A stretch of 64,000 nt of DNA, taken from positions 370,078,001 through 370,142,000 of the forward strand of contig OZ024743.1 of assembly GCA_964016885.1 (NCBI GenBank), in the 5' to 3' direction. This stretch comes from Eledone cirrhosa (lineage: Eukaryota). Positions 14,401-29,400 of the stretch are shown in pieces (position 1 is the first letter of the stretch; the number at the start of each line of letters is the position of its first letter). The notes beneath the pieces were generated by a model. The model did not search any database, was not told where the DNA came from, and was given only the letters and a program-made list of their open reading frames with translations. The position numbers and the translations under genes are program-made.

Positions 14401-17400
14401 ATATCACCTAGTAACCAACTCATATATCCCCTACTACCCAGCGCATATATACCTTACTAACCCGTTCATATATCCCCTACTAGCCAGTTCATATATTCCC
14501 TAACAACCAACTCATATATCCCCTACTAACTAGTTCATATATCCCCTACTAACCAGTTCATCTATCCCCTACTAACCAGCTATCAATCCCCTAATAACCA
14601 TGTCATCCATCCCCTACTAACCAGTTCATATTTCCCCTACTAACCAGTTCATATATCCCATATCAATCAGCTCATCTATCCCCTACTACCCAGCTCATGT
14701 GCCCCCTACTAACGAGTTCATATATCCCCTACTAACCAGTTCGTATATTGCCTACTAACCAGCTCATCTATCCTCTACTAATCAGTTCATATATCCCCTA
14801 CTAACCCGATCATATATCCCCTACTAACTAGCTCATCTATCCCCTCCTAACCAGTTCATAATCCTGTACTAACCAGGTCATATATCCCCTACTAACCAGC
14901 TCATATATCCTCTACTGGCCTGCTCATATATCCCCTACTAACCAGTTCATATATCCCCTAATAACCAGCTCATCTATCCTCTGCTAACCAGTTCATATAT
15001 CCCCTACTAACCAGCTCATATATCCCCTAATAACCAGCTCATATATACCATATTAACCAGCTCATATTTCCCCTACTAACCAGTTCATCTATCCCCTACT
15101 AACCAGCTAATCTATCCCCTACTAGCCAGCCGATATATCCTTTACTAACCAGTTCATCTATCCGCTAATAGCCATCTCATCCATCCCCTAAAAAGCCGTT
15201 CATATATCCCCTACTAACCGATTCATAACCCCATACTAACCAGTTCATATATCCCATATTTACCAGTTCATATATCACCTACTAACCAACTCATATATCC
15301 CCTACAACCCAGCTCATATATACCCTACTAACCAGTTCATATATCCCCTACTAACCAGTTCATATATCCCCTACTAACCAGCTATCTATCCCCTAATAAC
15401 CATGTCATCCATCCATTAATAACCAGTTCATATATCCCCTACTAACCAATTCATATATCCCATGTTGACCAGCTATATCTCACCTACTAATGAGTTCATA
15501 TTTCCCCTACTAACCAGTTCATATATCCCATATAAACCAGCTCATCTATCCCCTACTACCCAGCTCATATACCCACTACTAACGAGTTCATATATCCCCT
15601 AATAACCAGTTCATATATCCCATACTAACTAGTTCATATATCCCCTACTAACCAACTCATATACCACCAACTAACCAGCTATACCATCCTCTAATAACTA
15701 TCTCATCCATCCCCTAATAAACAGTTCATATCTCCCCTACTAACCAATCATATATCCCTAAATAACTAGCTCATATATCCCCTACTAACCAGTTCATCTA
15801 TCCCCTACTAACCAGCTCATCTATCCCATATTAACCAGTTCATATATCACCTACTAACCAACTTATATATCCCCTACTACCCAGCTCATATATCCCCTAC
15901 TAACCAGTTCATATATCCCCTACTAACCAGTTCATCTATCCCCTACTAACCAGCTAGCTATCCCCTAATAACCATGTTATCCATCCCCTAATAACCAGTT
16001 CATATATCCCCTTCTAACCAATTCATATATCACATGTTGACCAGCTATCTCTCCCCTACTAACCAGTTCATACTTCCCCTACTAACCAGTTCATATATCC
16101 CATATAAATCAGCTCATCTATCCCCGACTACCCAGCTCATATACCCCCTACTAACGAGTTCATATATCCCCTAATAACCAGTTCATATATCCCATATTAA
16201 CTAGTTACTATATTCACTACTAACCAACTAATATATAGTGTAATAACTAGTTCATATATCCCTACTAACCAGTTCATCTATTCCCTACTAACCAGTTAAT
16301 CTATCCGCTAATAACCATCTCATCCATCCCCTAATAAGCAGTTCATATATCCCCTACTACCCAGCTCATATATACACTACTAACCAGTTCATATATTCCC
16401 TACTAACTAGTTCATGTATCCCCTACTAACCAGTTCATCTATCCCCTACTAACCAGCAATCTTTCCGCTAATAACCCTGTTACACATCCCCTAATAACCA
16501 GTTCATATATCCCCTACTAACCAATTCTTATATCCCATATCTACCAGCTATGTCTCCCCAACTAACCAGTTCATATTTCCCCTATTAAACCAGTTCATAT
16601 ATCCGATATAAACCAGCCCAACTATCCCCTACTACCCAGCTTATATACCCCCCTACTAACGAGTTCATATATTCCCTACTAACCAGTTCATATATCCCCT
16701 ACTAACTAGTTCATATATGCTCTACTAAACAGCTCATCTATCCCCTAATAACCAGCTCATATATCCCCTACTTACCAGTTCATATATCCCCTTCTAACCA
16801 GCTCATCTATGCCCTACTAACCAGGTCATATATCCCTACTAACCAGTTCATATATCCTGTACTAACCAGCTCATATATCCCCTACTAACCAGCTCATATT
16901 ACCCCTACTAACCAGCACATATATCCCATACTAACCAGCTCATATATCTCCTACTAAACAACTCATATATCCCTAAATAACTAGCTCATATATCCCCTAC
17001 TAACTAGTTCATCTATCCTCTACTAACCAGCTCATCTATCCATTACTAACCAGCACATATATACCCTACTAACCAGTTCATATATCCCATACCAACCAGT
17101 TCATATATTACCTACGAACCAACTCAAATATCCCCTTCTAACCAGTTAATTTATACCCTACTAACTAGCTCATATATCCCCTACTCACAGCTCATATACC
17201 CCCTACTAACGAGTTCATATATCCCCTACTAACCAGTTCATATATCCCCTACTAACTAGTTCATATATCCCCTACTAACCAGCTCATCTATGCCCTACTA
17301 ACCAGGTCATATATCCCTACTAATAAGTTCATATATCCCCTACTAACCAGATCATATATCCCCTACTAACCAGCTCGTATATCCCTAAATAACAAGCTCA

Positions 17401-19546
17401 TATATCCCCTACTAAACAGCTCATATATCCCCTACTAATCAGCTCATATACCGCCTAGTAACCAGCTAATATTTCCCCTACTAACCATCTCATCCATCCC
17501 CTAATAACCAGTTCATATATCCCCTACTAACTAGTTCATATATCCCCTACTAACCAGCTCATCTATGCCCTACTAACCAGTTCATATATCCCCTACTAAC
17601 CAGTTCATATATCCCCTACTAACGAGCTCATATATCCCCTACTAACGAGCTCATATATCCCCTAATAACCAGCACATATAAACCTACTAACCAGTTCATC
17701 TATCCCCTAATAACCATCTCATCCATCCCCTAATAACCAGTGCATATATCCCCAACTAACCAGTTCATATATCCCATATTAACCAGTTCATATATCACCT
17801 GCTAACCAACTCATATATACCCTAATACCCAGCTCATATATCCCCTACTAACCAGCTCATATATCTCCTACTCTCCAGCTCATATATGCCCTACTAACCT
17901 GTTGATATTTCCCCTACTAACCAGCACATATATCCCATATGAACCAGCTCATATATCCTCTACCAACCAGCTGGTATATCACTAAATAACTAGCTCATAT
18001 TTCCCCTAGTAACCAGTCCATCTATCCCCTACCAACCAGCCCATATATCCCCTACTAACCAGTTCTTATATCTCCTAATAACCATCTCATCCGTCCCCTA
18101 ATAAGCAGTTCATATATCCCCTACTAACCGATTCATATACCACCTTACTAACCAGTTCATATATCCCCTACTAACCTGTTCATATATCCCCTACTATCCA
18201 GTTCATATATCCCATATTAACCAGTTCATATATCACCTACTAACCAACTCATATATCCCCTACTACCCAGTTCATATATCCCCTACTAACCAGTTCATCT
18301 ATTCCCTAACAACCAACTCATATATCCCCTACTAACTAGTTCATATATCCCCTACTAACCAGTTCATCTATCCCCTACTAACCAGCTATCTATCCCCTTA
18401 TAACCATGTCATCCATCCTCTAATAACCAGTTCATATATCCCCTACTAACGTGTGCATATATCCTCTACTAACTAGTTCATATATCCCCTACTACCCAGC
18501 TCATATATCCCCTACTAACCAGCACATCTATCCCCTAGTAACCAGTTTATATATCCCCTACTAACCAGCTCATCTATCCTCTACTAACCAGTTCATATAT
18601 CCCCTACTAACCAGATCATATATCCCCTACTAACTAGCTCATCTATCCCCTACTAACCAGTTCCTATATCTCCTACTTACTAGTTCATATACCTCCTACT
18701 AAACAGTTCATATATCTCCTACTAACCAGTTCATATATCCTGTACTAACCAGCTCATATATCCCCTAATAACCAGCTCATATATCCCATAATAACCAGCT
18801 CATATTTCCCCTACTAACCAGCACATATATCCCATACGAACCAGCTCATATATCCCTTACCAACCAGCTCGTATATCCCTAAATAACTAGCTCATATATC
18901 CCCTACTAACCAGTTCATCTATCCCCTACTAACCAGCTAATCTATCCCATCCTAGCCAGCCCATATATCCTTTACTAACCAGTTCATATATCCCCTAATA
19001 ACCATCTCATCCATCCCCTAATAAGCAGTTCATATATCCCCTACTATCACATATTTACCATTTCATATATCACCTACTAACCAACTTATATATCCCCCAC
19101 TACCCAGCTCTATATATACCCTACTAACCAGTTCATATATCCCCTACTAACAAGTTTATATATCCCCTACTAACCAGCTATCTATCCCCTAATAACCATT
19201 TCATCCATCCCCTAATAACCAGTTCATATATCCCCTACTAACCAATTAATATATCCCATATTAACAAGTTCATATATCCCCTACTAACCAGCTATCTATC
19301 CCCTAATAACCATTTCATCCATCCCCTAATAACCAGTTCATATATCCCCTACTAACCAATTAATATATCCCATATTAACAAGTTCATATATCCCCTACTA
19401 ACCAGCTATCTATCCCCTAATAACCATTTCATCCATCCCCTACTAACCAGTTCATATATCCCATACCAACCAGTTCATATATTCCCTACTAACCAACTCA
19501 AATATCCCCTACTAACCAGTTCATCTATCCCCTACTAAATAGCTTA
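5473..19546 (+). repeat. 23-bp satellite array, left block (~610 units by length)
   Basis: Tandem ATATATCCCCTACTAACCAG(T/C)TC with recurring variant monomers. Confidence 0.98.
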
Positions 19547-20420
19547 TAGCGAAGATACTGGGTTGTATGAATGTAACAAAACGAGACATGGTTTGTGTGT
19601 ATAATATTTAATTAACAATCATGGATATATATAGAACAGTATAGTTGACATGTCAAAGAAATAGATGATAGAATGAAGCAAAGTTAGTAGTTACCGTTTT
19701 GATTGCCAGGCAATAGCGAGAGCTATTCGTTTTATAGGGCTCTGCCGGAAGTTACAGAAAGGGTTCTACTTCCCGTCTAGATGTTAATCTATTGGGGTTG
19801 TGAGTCACAACAAGGGAGACAACCGCTACATAACCTCCCGCCAGAATTTTAGAATATAAAAATCGCATGAAATATGTAGCAAGTTGGCGAGAATGTTGTA
19901 ACAGGCATGAAAATTACGACAAAAGAATGTTTGCAAAAATCAATGATAGATATCAAGGTAGCCAATCGCTCTTGGCCAGAGAACGACTGGACATCTATCT
20001 ATCTATCCATCACCCAAAGATACAATGTAATAAAGTAAGAGAAGAGCTCAAAGTTCAAATGTATAAAATATAGTTCACAGGTGTGCAATCACATGACAGC
20101 AGGAAAGAAAGTGTGTTCCAGAGAATGAATGCAGGTGGTTTCTGTTCTGTGGTATATCATGAAATTTCCAACCTCCGAATGGATTTTCTCACAGGAAGAG
20201 TGCTGCAAAAATAAATTCTCTGGCTTGTTCTGCTGGTTTTGGTTGTTGGTGAAGCTGTGTTGCTGTGGATGTTGTCTCGCGGAGTGAGCGTTTTCAGTGT
20301 TTAAATTTGCAGTAAAAAAAAAAAAAAAAAAATTTTTTCAGAAAAATTGAGTTGGGCAAAGTGCTAGAAATAGCAGCTGAATTTGATGGTCGATGTTGAG
20401 AATGCGTTCACCTGGAAGGG
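19547..20420. other. Non-satellite island interrupting the array
   Basis: ~870 bp of non-repetitive sequence with an A-run near 20315-20332. No recognisable ORF, TIR or TSD. Confidence 0.8.
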
Positions 20421-23400
20421 TAGCTCATATATCTCCTACTAACCAGCTCATATATCCCCTATTAACCAGTTCATCTATCCCCTAATAACCATTTCATCCA
20501 TCCCCTAATAAGCAGTTCATATATCCCCTACTAGCCAATTCATAACCCCATACTAACCAGTTCATATATCACCTGCTAACCAACTCATATATCCCCTACT
20601 ACCCAGCTCATATATACCCTACTAACCAGTTCATATATCCACTACTACCCAACTCATATATCCCCTACTAACCAATTCCTATATCCCATATTGACCAGCT
20701 ATCTATCCCCTTCTAACCAGTTCATATATCCTCTACTAACCAGTTCATATATCCCCTCCTAACCAGTTCATATATCCCCTACTAACCAGCTCATATATCT
20801 CCTAATAAAGAGCTCATCTATCCCCTACAAACCAGTTCATATATCCCCCAATAACCAGCTCATCTATGCCCTACTGACAAGTTCATATATCCCCTACTTA
20901 CGAGTTTATCTCTTCCCTACTAACCAGCTCATATATCCCATGCTAACCAGCTCATCTCTCCCATACTAACCAGTCCTTATATCCCCTACTAACTTGTTCA
21001 TATATCCACTAATAACCAGCTGATATATCCCCTACTAACCAATCATATATCCCCTACTAACCTGCTCATATATCACCTACTAACACGCTGATATAATGCC
21101 TACTAACCTGTTCATATATCCCCTACTAACCAGTTCATATATCCCATAATAACCAGTTCATATATCCCCTACTAACCAGCTATCTATACCCTACTAACCA
21201 GTTCATATATCACCTACTAACCAGCTCATCTCTCCCCTAATAACGAGTTCATCTATCCCTTACTAACCAGTTCATCTATCTCCTAATAACCATCTCATCC
21301 ATCCCTAATAAGCAGTTCATATATCCTCTACTAACCAATTCATATACCCCATACTAACCAGTTCATATAAGCTCTAATAACCAGTTCATATATCCTAGAT
21401 TAACCAAATCATATATCCCCTACTACCCAGCTCATATATACCCTACTAACCAGTTCCTATATTCCCTACTAACCAGTTCATATATCCCATACTAACTAGT
21501 TCATATATCCGCTACTAACCAGTACATCTATCCCCTACTAACCAGCTATCCATGCCCTAATAACCATGTCATCCATCACCTAAAAAACCAGTTCATATAT
21601 CCCCTACTAACCAATTCATATATCCCCTACCAACCAGCTCATATATCCCCTACGAATCCAATTCATATATGCCCTACTAACCAGTTCATATATCCTCTAC
21701 TAACAAGTTCATATATCCCCTACTAACCAGTAGTTATATCCCCTAAAAACCAGCTCATTTATCCCATACAAACCAGCTCATCTACTCTCTACTAACCAGC
21801 TCATATATCCCCTCTATTAACCAGCTCATATATCTCTTACTAACCAGCCTATCTATCCCCTAGTAACCAGCTCCTCTATCCCCTATTTACCAGCTCATAT
21901 ATCCCCTATTAACCAGTTCATATATCCCCTACTAATAAGCTCATATATCCCCTACTAAGCAGCTCATATATCCCCTACTATCTAGCTTATCTATCCTCTA
22001 TTGACCAGTCCATATATCCCATACTAACCAGCTTATCTATCCCCTACTAACCAGTTCATATATCCCCTACTAACAAGCTCATATATCCCCTACTAACCAG
22101 TTAATATATCCCCTACTAACCAGTTCATCTATCCCCTACTAACCTGCTCATATATCCCCTTCTAACCAGCTCATATATCCCTACTAACCAGTTCATATAT
22201 CCCCTACTAATCAGCTCATATATCCCCTACTAACCAGTTCATATATCCCCTATTATGCTGCTCATATATCCCCTAGTAAGAAGTCCATCTATCCCCTACT
22301 AACCAGTTCACATATCCGTTACTAACCAGTTCATATATCCCCTACTAACCAACTCATATATCCCCTACTAACCAGCTCATCTATGCCCTACTACGCAGCT
22401 CATATATCCCCTACTAACCAGTTCATATATCCCCTTCTAACAAGCTGATATATCCCATAATAACCAGTTCATATATCCCCTATTAACCAGCTCATATATC
22501 CCCTACTAACTAGCTCATACGTGCCCCACTAACCTGTGCATATATCCCCTACTAACCAGTTCATATATCCCCTAATAACCAGCTCATCTATCCTCTGCTA
22601 ACCAGTTCATATATCCCCTACTAACCAGTTCATATATCCACTACAATCCAGTTCATATATCCCCAACTAACCAGCACATCCATCCCCTACCAACCAGCTC
22701 ATATATCCCCTACGAATCCAATTCATATATGCCCTACTAACCAGTTCATATATCCTCTACTAACCAGCTCATATATCCCCTACTAACCAGCTCATCTATC
22801 CCATACTAACCAGCTCATCTATCCCCTATTAACCAGCTCATATATCCCCTACTAACACGCTCATATGTCCCCTACTAACCAGCTCATATATCCCATACTA
22901 ACCACCTAATATATCCCCTACAAACCAGTTCATCTATCCACTTCTAACCAGTTCATATATCCCCAAATAACCGGTTCATCTATCCCCTAGTAACCAGTTC
23001 ATATATCCCCTACTAACCAGTTCATATATCCCCTACTAACCAGTTCTTATATCCTCTACTAACTAGTTCATATATCCCCTAATAGCCAGTTCATATATCC
23101 ACTACTAACCAGTTCATCTATCCACTACTAGCAGTTAATATATCCCCTACTAACCGGCTCAGATTTCCCCTAGTAACCAACTCATATATCCCCTACTAAC
23201 CAGTTCATATATCCCCTACTAACGAGCTCATCTATCCCCTACTGACCAGATCATATATCCCCTACTAACCAGCTTATATATCCACTACTAACCAACTTAT
23301 CTATCCCCTACTAACCAGCTCATCTATCCACTACTAACCACTTAATCTATCCCCTACTATCCAGTTCATATATCCCCTACTAACCAGCTCATATATCCCC

Positions 23401-26400
23401 TTCTAATTAGCTGATATATCCCCTAATAACCAGCTCATATATCCCTTACTAACCAGTTCTTATATCCCCTAATAAACAGTTAATCTATCCCCTACTAACC
23501 AGTTCATATATCCCCTGCTAACCTGCTCATATAACCTCTACTAACCAGTTCATATATCCCCTAATAACCAGTTCATATATCCCATACTAACTAGTTCATA
23601 TATCCCCTAATAACCAGTTCATATATCCTTTACTAACTAGTTCATATATCCCCTACTAACCGGTTAAAATATCCTCTACTATCCAGCCCATCTATCCCCT
23701 ACTAACCAGCTCATCTATCTCCGAATAACCAGCTCATATGTCCCCTACTAAGAAGCTCATATATTCCCTACTAATCAATTCATATATCCCCTACTACCAA
23801 TGTTCATATATCCCCTACTAACTAGTTCATATATCTGGTACTAACCAGCTCACCTATTCCCTACTAACCAGCACATATATCCCCTACTAAACAGCTCATA
23901 TATCCCCCTACTAACCAGCTCATCTATCCCCTATTAACCAGTTCATATATCCCCTACTAACTAATTCATATACCCCTTACTAACTAGCTCATGTTTACCC
24001 TTCTAACAAGCTCATATATCCCCTACTAACCAGTTCATATATTCCCTACTAACCAGCTCATATATCCCCTACTAACCAGCTCATATATCCCATACTAACC
24101 AGCCCATCTATCCCCTAGTAACCAGCTCCTCTATCCCATATTGACCAGCTCATATATCCCCTATTAACAAGCTCATATAATCCCTACTAATAAGCTCATA
24201 TATCCCCTACTAACCAGCTGTTTTATCCCATACTAACTAGCTCATATATCCCCTATTGACCAGCTCTTATATCCCCTACTAACCAACTTTCCTATCCCCT
24301 ACTAACCAGCTATCTATCCGCTACTAACCAGTTCATATATCCCCTACAAACCAGTTCATCTATCCCTTTCTAACAAGCTGATATATCCCCTACTAACCAG
24401 TTCTTATATCCCCTAATAACCAGCTTTCTATTGCCTAATAACCATCTCATCCATCCCCTAATAACCAGTTCATATATCCGCTACTAACGAACTCATCTAT
24501 CCCATACTAACCAGTAAATATATCCCCTACTAACGAGCCCATCTATCCCATACTAACCAGTTCATCTATCCCTTACTAACCAGTTCATCTATCCCCTACT
24601 GAGCAGTTCATATATCCCCTACTAACCAGCTCATATATCCCATAGTAACCAACTCATATATCCCATACTAATCAGTTCATGTATCCCCTACTAACCAACT
24701 TAACTATCCCCTAATAACCAGCTCATCTATCCACTACTAACCAGTTAATATATCCCTTACTAACCAGTTCATCTATCCCCTAGTAACCAATTCATATATC
24801 ACCTACTAACCAGTTCACTATGCCCTACTAATCAGTTCATATATCCCCTACTAACCAGTTCATATATCACCTACTAACCAGTTCATCTATCACCTACTAA
24901 CCTGTTCATATATCCCCTACTAACCAGTTAATATGTCCCCTAATAACCAGTTCATCTATCCCCAACTAACCAGCTATCTATTCCCTAGTAACCATATCAT
25001 CCACACCCTAATAACCAGTTCATATATCCCATAATATCCTCTACTAACCATTTCATATGTCCCCTAATAACCACTTCATCTATCCCCTACTAACCAGCTC
25101 ATCTATCCCATACTAACCAGCTCATCTATCCCGTAATAACGGGCTCATATATCCCCTAATAACAAGCTCATATATCCCCTACTAACCAGCTCATATATCC
25201 CCTACTACCCAGTTCATATATCCCCTATGAACTAGTTCATATATCCCCTACTAACCAGCTCATCTATCCACTACTCACCAGCACATATATCCCCTACTAA
25301 CCAGTTCATATATCCCCTAATAACTAGTTCATATACCCCTTACTAACCAGTTCATATATCCCCTACTAAACAGTTCATATATCCCCTACTAACCAGCTCA
25401 TCTATCGCCTACTCACGAGCTCATATATGCCTGCTAACAAGTTCATATATCCCCTACTAATCAGCTCATATATCCCCTACTAACCAGTTCATATATCCCC
25501 TAATAATCTGCTCATATATCCCCTAGTAACCAGTCCATCTATCCCCTATTAACCAGTTCATATATCCGCTACTAACCAGTTCATATATCCCCTCCTAACA
25601 TGCTCATATATTCCCTGCAAACAAACTTATCTATCCCCTACTAACCAGATCATCTATCCACTTCAAACCAGTTCAAATATCCCCAACTAACCAGTTCATC
25701 TATCTTTTAGTAACCAGTTCATATATCCCCTACTAACCAATCGTCAATCCCCTACTAACCAGTTAATATATCCCCTAATAACCAGTTCATATATCCCCTA
25801 CTAACCAGCTTATATATTCCCTAGTAACCAACTCATATATGCCCCACTAACCAGTTCATATATTCCCTACTAACCAGCTTATCTATCCCCTACTAACCAG
25901 CTCATATATCTCCTACTAACCAGTTCATATATTCCCTACTAACCAGCTTATCTATCCCCTACTAACCAGCTCATATATCTCCTACTAACCAGTTCATATA
26001 TCCCCTCCTAACCAGCTCATATATTCCCTGCAAACAAACTTATCTATTCCCTACTAACCAGATCATCTATCCTTTAGTAACCAGTTCATATATCCCCTAC
26101 TAACCAGTCATCAATCCCCTACTAACCAATTAATATATCCCCTAATAACCAGTTCATATATCCCCTACTAAGCAGTTCATATATCCCCTACTAACCAGCT
26201 CATATATTCCCTAGTAACCAACTCGTATATCCCCCACTAACCAGTTCATATATCCCCTACTAACCTGTTCATATATTCCCTACTAACCAGCTTAACTATC
26301 CCCTACTAACCAGCTCATATATCTCCTACTAACCAGCTCATATATCCCCTACTAACCAGCTTATCTATCCCCTAATAACCAGTTCATCTATCCTCTAGTA

Positions 26401-29400
26401 ACCAGTTCATCTATTCCCTACTAACCAGTTCATATATCCCCTACTAACCAGCTCATATATCCCCTACTAACCAGCTCATATATCCCCTACTAACCAGCTT
26501 ATCTATCCCCTAATAACCAGTTCATCTATCCTCTAGTAACCAGTTCATCTATTCCCTACTAACCAGTTCATATATCCCCTACTAACCAGCTCATATATCC
26601 CCTACTAACCAGTTCATATATCCCCTACTAACCAGTTCATATATCCCCTACTAACCAGTTCATATATCCCCTACTAACCAGTTCATATATCCCCTACTAA
26701 CCAGCTCATATATCCCCTACTAACTACTTCATATATCCCCTACTAACCAGTTCATCTATCCCCTACTTACCAGTTCATATAGCCCCTACTAACTAGTTCA
26801 TATATGCCCTACTAACCTGTTGATATATCCCCTACTAACCAGCTCATCTATCCCATACTAACCAGCTGATCTATCCCCTACTAACCAGCCCATATATGCA
26901 CTACTTACAAGCTCATATATCCTCTACTAACAAGCTCATATATCCCCTACTACACATTTAATATATCCCATACTAACTAGTTCATATATCCCCTACGAAC
27001 CAGTTCATATATCCCCTACTAACCACTTCATATATCCCCTACTAACTAGTTCATATATCCCCTACTAACTAGTTCATATACCCTTTACTAACTAGTTCAT
27101 ATATCCCCTACTAACCAGTTCTCATACCCCCTACTAAGCAGCTCATATATCCCCTACTAACCAGCTCATATATCTCCTACTAACCAGCTCCTATATCCCT
27201 TACTAACCAGCTAATATTTCCGCTACTAACCAGCTCTTAAATCCTCTAATAATAAGCTCATATATCCCATACTAAACAGCACATATATCCCATACTAACC
27301 AGTTCATATATTCCCTATCAACCAGCTCGTGTATCCCTAAATAACTAGCTCATATATCCGCTACTAACCAGCTCATCTATCCCATACTAACCAGCTCATC
27401 TATCCCCTACTAATCAGCTCATCTATCCCCTACTAACCAGTTCATATATCCCCTACTTACTACTTCATATATTCCCTAATAACCAACTCATATATCCCCT
27501 ACTAACCACTTCATCAATCCCCTTCTAGCCAGCTGTCTCTACCCTACTAACCAGTTCATATATCCCCTACTAACCAGTTAATATAGCCCCTAATAACTAG
27601 TTCATATATCCCCTACTAACCATTCATATATCCCCTACTAACGAGCTCATCTATCCCATAATAACCAGCTCATATATCCCCTAACAACCAGCTTGTATAT
27701 CCCTAAATAACTAGCTCATGGGTCCCCTACTATCAAGCTCATATATCCCCTACTAACCAGCTCTTATATCCCCTACTACCAAGTTCATATATGACCTACT
27801 AACTAGTTTATATATACCCTATAACCAGCTCATCTATTCCCTACTAACCAGCTTATCTATCCACTACTAACCAGCTCATATATCCCCTACTAACAAACGT
27901 ATCTATCCCAGAATAACCAGCTCATCTATCCACTACAACCAGTTAATATATCCCCTACTAACAAGTTCATCTATCCCTTGGTAACCAGTTCATATATCCC
28001 CTACTAACCAGTTCATCTATCCTCTACTAACCTGTTCATATATCACCTACAAACTAGTTCATCTATCACCTACTAATCAGTTCATATGTCCCCTAATAAC
28101 CAATTCATCTGTCCCCTACTAACCAGCTATCTATTCCCTAGTAACCAGTTAATATATCCACTACTAACCCATTCATATATCCCCTACTATCTAACTGATA
28201 TAATCCCTACTAACCATTCATATATCCCCTACTAACGAGCTCATCTATCGCATACTAACCAGTTCATCTATCCTCTAGTAACCAGTTCATCTATCCCCTA
28301 CTAACCAGTTCATATATCCCCTACTAACCAGTCCTTATATCCCCTACTAACCAAATTCATATATTCCCTACTAACCAGCTTATATATTCACTACTAACCA
28401 ACTCATATATCCCCTACTAACCAGCTCATATATCCCCTACTAACCAACTTATCTATCCCCGAATAACCAGCTCATCTATCCACTACAAACCAGTTAATAT
28501 ATCCCCTACTAACAAGTTCATCTATCCCCTGGTAACCAGTTCATGTATCCCCTACTCACCAGTTCATCTATCCTCTAGTAACCTGTTCATATATCACCTA
28601 CAAACCAATTCATCTATCACCTACTAACCAGTTCATATGTCACCTACTAACCAGTTCATATGTCCCCTAATAACCAGTTCATCTGTCCCCTACTAACCCG
28701 CTATCTATTCCCTAGTAACCATCTCATCCATCCTCTAATAACCAGTTAATATATCCACTACTAACCCATTCATATTTCCCCTACTATCCAACTGAAATAA
28801 TCCCTACTAACTAGTTTATATATCCCCTACTAACCAGTTCATCTATCCCATACTAACCTGTTCATATATCAACTACAAACCACTGTATCTATCAACTACT
28901 AACCAGTTCATATATCCCCTACTAACCAGTTCATATGTCCCCTAATAACCAGTTCATCTATCCCCTACTAAACAGCTCATCTATCCCATACTAACCAGCT
29001 CATCTATCCCCTACTAACCGGCTCATATATCCCCCACTAACAAGCTCATATATCCCCTACTAACCAGCTCATACATCCCCAACTACATAGTTCATATATC
29101 CCCTACTAACTAGTTCATATATCCCCTACTAACCAGCTCATCTATCCACTACTCACCTGCTCATATATCCCCTACTAACCAGCTCATAAATCCCCTACTA
29201 ACCAGCTCATATATCCCCTACTAACCAGTTCATATATCCCCTACTAACCAGTTCATATATCCCCTAATAACTAGTTCATATACCCCTTACTAACCAGTTC
29301 ATATATCCCCTACTAAACAGTTCATATATCCCCTACTAACCAGCTCATCTATCCCCTACTCACCAGCTCATATATCCCCTACTAAATAGTTCATATATCC

